Positions 52,244 to 64,000 of a stretch of 64,000 nucleotides of DNA are shown piece by piece (the stretch's first letter is position 1; each line of letters begins with the position of its first letter). A program made the translations under genes and the position numbers. Source of the DNA: Paragordius varius (lineage: Eukaryota > Animalia > Nematomorpha); NCBI GenBank assembly GCA_964247055.1, contig OZ176053.1:6758001-6822000 (forward strand), read 5' to 3'. The notes beneath the pieces are model-generated. The model had not been told where the DNA came from. It was given only the letters and a program-made list of their open reading frames with translations, and made no database searches.

Positions 52244-53761
52244 TAAAGAGAATTATTATTGAAAGGAAGAAAACGAGAAAAAATGCATTTTTTCACAATC
52301 TCAATAAGCGATTTTATTATAAGTTGATATACCTTTAATTCTCCTCAGTTAACACCTCAAAAAAGTGAAAATAGTTAAAAAATTAATAAATGAGTATATG
52401 ACTCCAAAAATAGAGTGAAGCTTATAAATTTTCAGGTCCTAAATTATTTGGTGATTAAAAATAATAGAATTATAGTTTTATGAAATTTCACAAGATTTTG
52501 ACAGATGTAATTTTTTGCCTCTGTTAAATTAAAATAATTACAAATAAACTCATTTCCATAATATATTCATATAGCGTAAAAATATATTTAGTTTTTGATG
52601 TAGTGTGAAAGACAATTTACATATTTTAATTTTTATGTGGAAATGGGTTCATGTAAATTTTTGTATTATTGAGTTAAAGGAAGAAAGAGCAAAAAATGCA
52701 TTTTCTTCACTATCCATTAAATTTTAGCCATAATGATATTGTTTGTTTTTCTCTTAATTTCTCGCAGTTTTAATAGTGAACAAAAAACAGGGAAAAAAGA
52801 AAAACAATCATAACAATATTCCATAATCTCAATTTATTAATTTTGATTATACAATATCCAATTTAATGGAGGCCAACTCACATAATGTTGGCAAATTCAT
52901 CCTGTGGTAAAGTATGAGAATAACAATTATTTTGTAAAAAATGTTTTTCAATGCATACATTGTGAATGAAATTCATTAAGAATCGATTCCTGTTCCATTT
53001 TTAAATTAGAGTCCGGTTCTAGGTCCACTTTTTTGGGACCGGTTCGAAGCCCTGTTATTATAATTTAAAAAAGCTATAATATTATAAAAAATATTTAATA
53101 TTCTGACTACACAGCTGTCGAAATTATATTTATCTTAATTTCAAAATTATAATTTTAGCAATTTTTTGTTATTTAAGAAGTTTCCGGCTATTCCTAGGTA
53201 GGCCCGTATTCCGCGCATATGTTGACAATGTATTTATATGAAAAACGGCAAATAGAGAAAGCTTCACTAAACATGCTGTCCCATTGATGAATTAGAAATT
53301 AAGTGTTCATAGTAAAATAGGTTTATAATTATGCCCAAGTTAGTGACAGCACGTCATAGTTTATGTTTAATCATTTTATTATGGTCACTACCTTAAGGGC
53401 TGCACAAACGGAAGGGTTTCCGACCTCTGAACTAAAAGATTTTGGAGATTCGCATCATGTTTACACAATAATCGCATAGTTAAAATTTTATTACAAAATA
53501 TTTAATACTAAATGATTTTTTTTATTAGCAAACTTAAGCGGAGGGCAAAAACGAAAAAGAGCGAAGGAAAACGCAATAAGCGTTTCAAAAATAAAAAATG
53601 ACAGATTTTTTAAAACCCATTTAGTCAAATGTGTCCTTTGATGCTAGCTCACACAAAAAAACCGTTGAGATCAGTAATGGTGTAGATAATTTGGATAGTT
53701 TGAATCATACTATTGAACCTAGCTCTGCTAGGACTAGCTCAAATGAGAAAACGGTAGTGAT

Positions 53762-54378
53762 TAGGGTTGAGTATTTGACTGCTTTTTCAAAAAAATCCAG
53801 TCAGACCATGGTCATGACCATTTTTACTTAAGTAAGTATCATGCGATATTGTGTCAAAATAAGGTCCGAATTACACTTGCGTTTTACTAATTGATATTTA
53901 TTATTTACAAATATTTTCAATCGAATTAGATCAAATAATTGTTTCAAATAAATTTTGCCACATGTTGTGGTCTTCTGAATCTTCAAATATATATAGCTTT
54001 TAATACTGTATATCAAATAAAATTTTACCTAGTTTGTTTAACACTTTCTTTCATGATTGAAATATCCAATTATAAATGTTTTTTCATTTATTTGTTCATA
54101 TGGAATAATTGCATATTTTGCAAAGAGCTTGATTGCTTTGTTTTTCGATATAACTGAATATGCTTAAATACTTATGTTATAAGGAGGCATGTTTAACAAC
54201 TTTTAATATATCAATAAGCATATTTAAATATTTAATTTTTATTTTTTAAATATATAAAAAAACAATAAATTCTTATTATCTGTCTTCCGATAAAATTTAC
54301 TAGCATTTTTTCAAAAAACAGCTGATTTTTAATGACCATGGTCAAAAAATAAATCATGACTTGGTCAGCACAACCCTA
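53762..54378. mobile_element. hAT MITE (TAGGGTTG TIR) nested in the transposase pseudogene
   Basis: TAGGGTTG...CAACCCTA with a perfect 8-bp TSD GTAGTGAT (53754-61 and 54379-86). Same family as 40822-41405. Confidence 0.92.
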
Positions 54379-56886
54379 GTAGTGATTAGCAACAAAAGTG
54401 TAGATGATTTGGATAGTTTGAGTAATTTTAATGTGGAACGTTATTTAAGCCGTTTTTCAGAAAATTCCGATATGGATTAATAAATACAGAATTATCAAAT
54501 GAAGAAAACCGAATTCTGATATCGTTTAGGTTCTTTTAAAATAGATCCTTTTAAAAAAATCGTTGCTTTTCAGATTCCTATACGGAAAGAACACTAAATA
54601 TGGGTTTGCAAAGATATAATGGATAATTTACAATATTTTGGATGCAGTCTACGAACCGTGCTGGCTGTTCTCTAATGACAATAAGGATGTGGAGAAAGGG
54701 TGTGAGGAATCGGAAAGCGCTATCCAAAAACATGAAGGAAGTAAGTATCATATGCTGCTGCTTTATTTATGATAAATGTAAAGAGGGTAAAACGATTGAG
54801 CGATATTTAAAAAAACTTAAATAAAGAAACAAATTTTTAGAGAGATTAGTTAATATAACATTATCTTTGTTAAAAAGTTCTCTGTTCCGTGGTCATCGTG
54901 AAAGTTTGATAATATCTATAATGGTAATATTTTAAGTCAGGTTCAACCTTTAGCAAAATATGAGAGTATAATGAAGCAAGTTCTGGATAAACCTAAGGGT
55001 AACACTAATTTTTTAGGTCTATTAAAACAAGATAAAATTATAGATTGCATTTCAAAACGTTCGTGAGAAGTAATTATATCTGAAATAAAAGAGGGCGGCT
55101 TTTTACATTCTCGTAGACACTACAGGATATAGCGAAAAGACCAATTAAGTCAAATATTTTGATTTGTTAAAATTATATAAAATGGTATGGCAAAAAAATT
55201 GAAATCAAGGAAGTGTTTTTAGGATTTAGAGAAACTGATAAACATTCAGCATATGAGTTATATAGTAATATATAATCAAAAAATTTTCAAAAAACTATAA
55301 TTTATTACAAGATAAGTGTAGCCGATGGAGACAGTGTTATGAGCGGAACTTACAGAAAATTCTTTTAAGAAAGGATCAGCCCCAGGCAGTTTTTGTTCAT
55401 TGCGCCGCTCATAATCTAAATTTAGCTATAAATGTTAAACCTTGTGGAGAAGCATCCGATTTTTTCGCAACTCTGGAGGCAAATACATTTTTGGATACAG
55501 TATAAAAAGATGGAACTTTTTGAGAAGTTCTACTCAGGAATCTGAAATAAGTTTGAAAAAATCGAATCTCACTCGTAGGGCTGGTATACGTCTCTTTTAT
55601 CAATAAAATATCGTTATTTATATAATTAAGGTTTTAACAAATATAACATTAACGAGCACTAAGAAAAATGAGCGGGAAGAAGCTTCTTTTTTAATTAAAA
55701 AAAAGTAAATTTTATTTTATTTTTTTCCATATTTTTATATCATATATGATAAAGTACAAGAGTCTACAACATTACAATCAATTGATATTGACCTTATAAA
55801 AGTAAAAACACGTAAATATATACTTATTAAAATATAGAAATGACTATATAACCACAAAAAAGATGTCATGGAAATAGCATAAAATGGGTCATTAAACTTG
55901 TTGATAAGAGATTTAAAATTATTAAAAGACATATTGTGAACTTTCCAATGACAGATTTTCTAATTTAGATAAGAGAGTGAATTTCAATAAAATTTTAGAT
56001 ATTGTGATTTTTCAGTTAAAAAACAGATTCGACAGTTTTCATAGCGTAGCGGATATGTTTTCATTTCTGCTTCCATCAAAGTTAACTAAAATGAAAGAAG
56101 TAAAAATTATCCAATTCAGCTAAAAATTTGATAATTAATTATCCAAACGATTTGAGTGCATATTTCCCGATTCAAATAGTGTCAGTTTCTAATTGGCTTG
56201 AGGATGAGATCACTTAAATTAACAATGCCGGGCGATTTGCAAAACTATTAATTAAGTGCCCAACAGTTTTAGCCAGTTGTGATGAAGTTATAACTGCAAT
56301 ATTATTGTTTTTGACTGAACCATTTACGGTTACTACAGCGGAACATTTAAGTTAAAAAAAATTACAAATTATCTTAGAAGCTCGATGGCAGAAAAAAGGT
56401 TAAGCAATTTATCGTTGGAGATGGCGGATCAAATGGATAGAGATATAATTGAAAATGCTCAAGCAAAATCGAGAAAATGAAATTTTAAAACATGATTTTC
56501 TGATTAATACATTCTCCTAATAAGTTATTTAATTATTTAAAAATTTAACAAAAGTTTAGGAATTGGTGGTGGTTAGGGTTGGCGGGTGATTACTAAGCAT
56601 TATATATAAAAATACCAGGAACGCAAAACTTTCAGACTCAGGATGCCAAACCATGTAAATATTATCATTTTTAAATTCAATAATTCTTTACGAATATAAG
56701 TAATGCGCCAGGTGAAAAATTAAACAAATGATTTTTTGGGGGGAAGGGGGGCCAGTATTAAAACCTTGCGGGAGGGCCCACAAATTATAGTTTCTCTCAG
56801 TGAAGAGCATTTATTAATCAGAAAATCATGTTTTAAAATTTCGTTCTCAATTTTGCGTGAGCAAATTTTCTAATTATATCTTTTTT

Positions 56887-57264
56887 ATCCATTTGATCCG
56901 CCATCTCTGCTTCAATTGCTAGTATCAATGAATTCCCCAACCATTTTTCAGCCATCGTGCTTCTAATATAATTTCAAATAATTTTAACTTTGAGAATGAA
57001 CGTTCCGCTGTAGCAACCGTAACTGGTAAAGTCAAAAATAATAATAATGTGTTATAACGTCATCACAACTGGCTGCAATTGTTGGGTAATTAATAATTAA
57101 TAGCTCTGCAAATTGCCTGGCATTAATTTAAGCGATTCATCCAGCGAATTAGAAACTGACTCTATTTGAATCAGAAAATTTTCACTCAAATCGTTTGGAT
57201 AATTAATTATTAAGTTTTAGCTGAATTGATAATTTCTATTTCACTCATTTTAGTTAACTTTGAT
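56887..57264 (-). mobile_element. Inverted second fragment of the hAT transposase 3' region
   Basis: Reverse-complement homolog of 56075-56439. It reads LPVTVATAERSFSKLKII...STMAEKWLGNSLILAIEAEMADQMD (hAT dimerisation domain). Confidence 0.85.
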
Positions 57265-58549
57265 CAAAGCGTAACTGATAAATATGTATAAATATACTAA
57301 TTAAATGGAATATGAATGCGCGGACAGCCAATATTTTTTAATTTTAAAATGGCCCGCTGAAAAAAATGCGACCCCTGTTTTAGTGTGTGGTGAAAGTTTA
57401 ACGGAAATATTAAGTTTTAGAACGAAAAATAAATTTGAAAATAACATGCATCAAAGGTTAAAAAAACAATGAATATTAGCTAACAAATGGTGTTTATTAA
57501 TTATCAACTTATATAAGATCGTTTACATTTTATCCTTATTCCCTTCTCTTATGATTTTATGATAACACTAGTCGACAAATTTGGACATTTTTGAGCACCA
57601 CACTCAAATTTTAAATTATGGCTAATTTCTGTGTTTTAAAACCGAATCTGAAAAAATTTTGATTCCCCCAATTAGAAATCTGAGATATTATAGGTTTTTC
57701 CATTTTTCAAAAACAAGAGAAAATCGATACATAATTAAATATGACTTTATAATAAAAAGCTATTATATTATAAAATTAATATTTAATAAAGCGTTTTAAA
57801 CTCTATCATTTGAATATAAATATGTCATTTAAATATGAAGGTGAAAAAAATAGTACGGATATAAACGTCAAAATATAGTCTTTTTTTTAAAGTTAATTTT
57901 AAACACGTATAAATTTATATTAAAAAAATACTAAAAGAGGCATTCTATGGTTTACTTCTGCTTTTAGATAGGCTATATTTATTTTGTTAGTTTTCGTTAT
58001 TTCTGGTACTTATTAGGGCTTTTCTATTAGGTCGATTCTTACAAAAAATCCTCTTACTTATACCTAGTGGATAATTATTTTTAAAATGATTGTCTGTGGT
58101 GAATTCGAATTCCAAATGGATGATAAGCAGCCACTTTTATCACCTGGATTTGTACCATAATTTTATGCAATAAGATTTGAACTTACTAATCTTCTTATTC
58201 GATCACATGGTTAAATCTGTCTAACTCTATTCTGGAATTGGTTAATTTGACATGTCAATTTTAGATTTGGCTGAAGTTAACTACGTTATATTGCAGTCCC
58301 TACCGAACTTTAATCACCTCATTATTGTATACCTTTGCCATATCTAGCATGAATATAGGATTGCTTGGATTTTTCCAAAGATTGTGCAAGCCGCCGCGAT
58401 ATCATACTACTCACCATATAGTCCTTTTCGATTTTTAATATTTTTGATTTTTAATACTCTTTGCCTCTTAGCAATATATTTTAATTCTTATTCTTATAGT
58501 TTTTTATTAAATGCATATAGAATTTTTAATTAACATATTGAATAAATTG

Positions 58550-58800
58550 TTATTTATTTATTGCATATTGTCTATTTTTTTGTCGAATAACAAGCCCGCT
58601 CGATAAGACGTATTTCTCGTGTAGAAGAGATAATAAACCATAGGCAGCGATTTCAAGCAGTTTATATTTTAATAAAATGATCGACGACATATTATATAAA
58701 TCATCAATAACATTTTCTGCAGATTCTTCGTTAATAAAAAAATCTTCTGTGGTATCGTATACTCGGGCTGGTATATTTGGATGATTTTTGGATTTTCGTT
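58550..58800 (-). CDS. Candidate exon of an unidentified minus-strand gene
   Basis: Acceptor TTTAATTTTAG is followed by ~83 open codons (RKSKNHPNIPARVYDTTEDFFINEESAENVIDDLYNMSSIILLKYKLLEIAAYG...). No family recognised. Confidence 0.35.
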
Positions 58801-60359
58801 CTAAAATTAAATAAAAAACCTGGCTTTAGAATACCACTTGTATTGAATGCTCGTTTAAATATTTAAATAAATGTATACGAGGAATAATGCTTTTGAAATT
58901 AAATACAAAATTTAAAATGAAATTTTAAAAAAAACCTCAAAATTTTTATTTGTTTTGGCCTTTCCCACGCCATTAACTTACAGAAAATGCAAAAGAATGG
59001 GGTGGTGCAAAACCTTGTTTAGCAGTGTAATGCATACCCATACTATTGAATTAATATCGCTCATCGAAAATATCTAATCATCTTGTTAAGATAACCTCGC
59101 GCGTCAGCAAGTTTTAAATTAAACTTTATAAAGATCTACTTATCTATGATAAATTGATCTTAACTATAGTTGTGCTTATCAAGATATGAACCTATTCGAT
59201 CACCATTTTTATGGACATTACCCATTTAAAACTTATAACAATTAATACAAATTTTATCAGATTTTTAATAGAATTAGGAGCAGACAATAACTTTAGTTAT
59301 TTTAGCCCAATTACTACATACACTTCAAAAAAAGATTTAACCAGTGAAGCGTTTTCAGAAAAAACACTCAGACATATGTGATATATTTAGCCACAATTTA
59401 ATAATTATATATTACAAAAACTCGGCCATTTATATACTTTATTTTTATGGACGTAAGAATTTGGAAAAATTGCCAATTTAATCACTTTCAAAAGGTATAT
59501 AATCTTTTACATACTTATGATTATCCATTATATGGAGAAACTTGTCTCTATTAAATACAATCTCTAACATGACAACGATACGTCAAGTATTGCGATATAG
59601 GACGATGATGTCATTATAATAATATAGTTATTTTATTTTATATCCAAAATCTGTAATATATTCTTTAATAAATTAAATAAAATATATAATCCGAAAAAAT
59701 GTTGATATACTTACTTTTTAAAAAGGGTCATATTTTTAGGAGAACGCGAGTCCAAAATAGTCGTCAGACATTTATTTTTTTTATATTCTCCGATATTGCA
59801 TGTATTTAAATAAAACATTTTTGTCAAATACAGACTCTCCTTTTTTTAGTTAAAGTTTTTACCATAAAAATGAGTGTTAATATCGAATACCCCAGATATT
59901 TTTCTGAAGGTCATTAACTGTAGTGAAGACCTATGTCTCGGGTTTTTGGAAAAGTTATCAAACGTTCCATGAAATCATAACGCATAGTTTTTTATACCAA
60001 CGATTGGAATGTTCACTGTAGTTGTGTTTACAGGAATCGCAAGTTTAATAAAACAAACTAATCAGGGATCCCATAAACGATCTTATTTTATCAATTAGAA
60101 TAATGCATGCTATTTAGCTGATGTAATAATTGAGAATTTTTTTGATTACGATTTAGATTGATTTGCAAAAGGGAATAACTTAGTTTGTATACATCATTAC
60201 ATACATATATAAATATATATAAAAAACTAAGATAAAAAATCAATTGATAATAGAAACTGGCCGGTACTGTTACTAGGTAAAACTGTATTATTAAAATATA
60301 TCAATTTTGTTGTAAAATATTTATTTTATGAATAATTAATGCTAATTACATTGTATGAT

Positions 60360-60640
60360 ATCATTTCGAGCGGTCATATTCGTAAACTATTTCGCCATAA
60401 AACTGTCTATGGCGTCCTCGCGTTTTAGGTTCAGTTTTGCCATGTCGTCTGTATCTATCCATCGCGTTTTAGGGCCCTCTTACCTTTTATCTACCACAAT
60501 ATATTCATTAATCTTTTTACTAATAAAGTTGCCATCTCTTCTTTCTATGTGTCCAAATATCTTTAACATTTTCTTTTGTGTTATCGATTTAATTTCTTTT
60601 CCACTAATGTATGAATTCTTCACTTTGTCTTTGTTCGTTA
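60360..60640 (-). mobile_element. Decayed RTE-like LINE 3' fragment
   Basis: KMLKIFGHIERRDG...GPKTRWIDTDDMAKLNLKREDA matches the RTE ORF2 C-terminus. Confidence 0.75.
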
Positions 60641-61422
60641 CACTGCACATCAATCTAGCATTCTCATATCAATAACTTCAAAGTGATCTTTAGTACCCAT
60701 GTCTGTGAGTTATACATTATTGTTAGCTGTACAACAGGACTGTAAATGTTACTTTTAACATAATCATTATATTCTCAAAAAACATTTGAGATTTTTTATA
60801 ATTGGTCCAAGTATTTTGGATTTTAAATATATATATATATATATCTTACGTTAAGGAACCTGCAGAAATCGCTCCTTAATGTTTGCATTCATCTGATCTT
60901 TTATACCCAACCTTATTCTAATCCTATTTCACTCACTACACATAATCAGTTTTCCATTTTTTTATTTTTGAACCCCACCGTTGTAACAAATAAAGATCTA
61001 TATATAAATCGTAGTATCGTATCGCAGAAATAATTTTTTCAAAAAGTATTTGACAACATATTACATCATGACAATTCAAAATTTAAAAATATTATTCTTG
61101 AATATTTTTTTTCCTTTTTTATGGACTATCATTGTATTTCACCATACGTTACTTCCTAAACTTTACAATGGATAGTACCAAATTATGGATAATATCAATT
61201 TATTTATGAGAGGTAAAATTTAAAATGACATATCTGATGTTATATATAATTGCATTCATGAACAGTGATCGGCTTTTTGCAGGAAAAAGTGTCGTAATAG
61301 GGAGCAAAGTTTTGCAATGTTAAATCGATCCTATAGAAGCAAAAAATAAAAATAATGTTTAGTTAATGAAACTATATTTTCAGTTATTACAACGCAGGAT
61401 AACAGTACCCACTTTGGCAATA

Positions 61423-61538
61423 CAGTTGCGTATAGCATAAAGCTTATTTTGTCCATCGTTAAATATACAAATATAATGTTATAAGATAAAAAAATGTTTA
61501 ATTTCACCCATATATAGTCTTCCATCTATACGCTACTG
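61423..61538. mobile_element. Short TA-flanked MITE of the CAGTAGCGTA family
   Basis: TA|CAGTTGCGTATAG...CTATACGCTACTG|TA. It sits inside another small inverted-repeat pair (CAGTACCCACTTT / AAAGTGGGTGCTG). Confidence 0.7.
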
Positions 61539-62690
61539 TATTGCCAATAGCCAAGAATAATGTGAAGTGACCAGCAATAAAGTGGGTGCTGTAAATACAA
61601 ATTTTATTTATTCAACAAGTATAATAAACCCAATTATGTAACTTTACTAATATTTTCAAATATATATTCAGGAAATTAGGGTAGCTAACCCAGGCTTGTG
61701 TGAGGCAAGATTTAAAACAAGAAATCAATGTTGCATTTACAGGTGAAAGTTATGGATCTACAAAATATTTTTGTGGTATATGGGACTATATTTTAATTTT
61801 AGATTGGTAACATGAGCCTAGAATAATATATGGTTTAGTTAAACATTTTTATTTTTTATATATTTTAAAATTTATAATTAAGTTTTTGAATCAAGAGGCA
61901 TAGGACAATCACTTTATAGATGGCCAATTGGTGTTACATTATGATACAAAGCAAAATTTATCCATAATTCAAGACAAATTAATGTTAAAAGGTTGAAAAA
62001 ATTATTTAATTTTAATAATGACTAACATTATGTAGGTACTGTAAAATCTTTGTTATATATTGGACAGGAGCAGTAATCCAACTTAAATAAATTATAAAAA
62101 TGATTATAAATAGATTATCGACTGCTATATGATACATTATTAAAGTATGATTAAATTAAGCAGGACACCTTCATATTCTAGGAAATCTATTTTAAATAAT
62201 ATAATACAGGAATGATATGATATGTTAGTGCGATTGAAAATGTAAGGAAAATATAGAAATTATTTTTTAGGTAAACGAAAGTTTTCATATATCTAAATAG
62301 AAAATAAAATAAGTAGCAAACCTTTGTGAACCTTGGAGGTGGTCATCAATAGTTGGTAGAAGATCTCTAAAATATGGCTTAGTTGCTATGCAAAACAACT
62401 GCATATGAATAATATTAATATAATAGGCCTCAGACAAAATTAAATTAATACAATATTATACCTTTGAATATTCTACTAAGAATTGCCTGTTTATTTTGTT
62501 TAAGTCCTGTGTTTTGAAAGTGATCGTTTTTAGCAAAGCCTAAAAAAATAATATAAAAATGGTTAGGACATAAAGCGTTATTGAATATATCATTTAGCTT
62601 GCCACTTTAATATATTTCAAAAATTATACACACATATATTGATAGCGTTAAAATGACTAAGGCAGACAATATTCTTTTCATGGTTATTCT

Positions 62691-63726
62691 TAGGGGCGTA
62701 CCGAGGGGGGGCAAGTGGGTGCATTATGCCCCGGGCGCCGTTATTTAGGGGCGCCTAAATGATTTTTCAAAATTAAATTTTAATAATGCAAAAATAATAA
62801 GAACTTTCAAATGAGATTTTTCAGCAATTTAGGTAATAATGCCTAAAATATATACTCTATTATTCACCTAATTACTACCATAAAACGAAAATATAATTTT
62901 AATCAAAAATCTGGGAAATTATGTTTCAATAATATTTTTCATTTTTTATCGCAATTTAAAAATCCATATACACATTTTACATATACCATGATCCCCTAAT
63001 TTTGTATAAACTATTCATAATATGCCCCTGTTTTTTTAAAAAAAAATGTTTTATCCTATTTTGCACAAATAATGTTTTATGCCATACGCTACTCTGATAT
63101 AAAAATTTTATAAATGAGATCAGCAAACATTATGCAAACAACTTCAACTTTCATTTAAGTATTCCCTTCAAAATGTTCAAACTTATTTTTCAAAAAACGT
63201 TTCTTTATCACGCACATATTGTTAATTCTTTTATTGTCTTTATTCAATTATTTTAACTTCTTTCTCTGTTCAAAACCTTATTTCTTATGCTTATAATTTA
63301 TAATTGCTTTATTTTAATCATATTCAATTTCAAAACCCAATTTTATTTATTAATCCCCAAGATCATTCCATCTCTAACAAGGTAGGTTTTTATTATTAAT
63401 ATAACATTGTATTTTTTATAATTATTTTCATTTTTATCAGATATCAATGCCTAAACTCAGCGGTGCAAATAGGAAACGATAAATCCAGGAAGAGAATAAA
63501 ACAAATAAAATGGGAATAATTATGAAATCTTATTTAACGAAAATATCTGACCATAACATTGAAAAAGTGTATGCGACACAAACATGACGGTACCCTTTAA
63601 TAATAATAACTTAACTACACCTGTAACCCTAGTTATTGATCCAATAAATAGAGATGATAAAACTACTAATATACAATAAATAACTCCAAACGCTATACCT
63701 ATATAAATTAATGATGTCGCCTTTTT

Positions 63727-63764
<38 letters not shown>

Positions 63765-63919
63765 ATAGATTTAAAATTTATATGACTCTGCTGTCCTATC
63801 TATGGTGTTTAGGTTGCAATGTTTTTTGTTACTAAATTGTTTTATTGGCTTTTAAAAAGAGGATGGGGGCGCCATAAGATTTTATGTCCCGGGCGCCGCA
63901 AATGCTCGGTACGCCACTG
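62691..63919 (+). mobile_element. Non-autonomous hAT deletion derivative (1.23 kb), same family as 3212-3611
   Basis: Ends TAGGGGCGTACCGAG...CTCGGTACGCCACTG with TSD GTTATTCT/GTTATTGT. It retains a transposase N-terminal remnant MPKLSGANRKR near 63447. Confidence 0.9.
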
Positions 63920-64000
63920 GTTATTGTTTAAACTTCTCACACTTAAAGAGTATAACCGATTGAATGGGGTTTAGAAAACATATCCCTCGATTAGCCAAAA

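Larger units (their letters stand above)
51871..56802 (+). mobile_element. Large decayed hAT transposon (ZMYM1-like transposase pseudogene) with nested MITEs
   Basis: 5' end CAGGGGCGAAACTA with a degenerate 3' match TAGTTTCTCTCAGTG. Remnants NLSGGQKRKRAKE, SLFRGHRES, EVFLGFRET, VFVHCAAHNLNLAI, and a C-terminal dimerisation region near 56300-56440. Many stops; no clean TSD. Confidence 0.78.

Noticed and set aside
1-64000. CRISPR arrays, rRNA or tRNA genes, prokaryotic operons
   Set aside because: None were seen. The window is eukaryotic, and the only tRNA-related sequences are retroelement primer binding sites.

Overview
This is very AT-rich animal genomic DNA (roughly three-quarters A+T by eye); I cannot name the species. 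Hand-splicing supports at least six intron-containing genes: Tbx20 (+, 5470-11260) with two large insertions inside the T-box; a secreted Arg-rich repeat precursor of unknown family (+, from 12676); a CENP-C-like protein with a C-terminal cupin (-, 25678-16306); a micro-exon-rich gene ending in antistasin-like Cys modules (+, ~32027-35051); MANF/ARMET (+, 37921-38993); and PDCD6/ALG-2 (-, 43841-40027). The rest is a nest of decayed transposons: hAT elements and MITEs with 8-bp TSDs, TA-targeting MITEs, RTE- and CR1-like LINE fragments, and two internally deleted Ty3/gypsy-type LTR elements. The most striking signal is a class of ultra-short GT-AG introns of 22-26 nt. Five are strongly supported in MANF and PDCD6 because removing them restores conserved proteins, and two more candidates lie in CENP-C. 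They coexist with 0.3-3.2 kb introns in the same genes and hide most of these genes from the ORF track. All gene models are manual and untested against RNA-seq.
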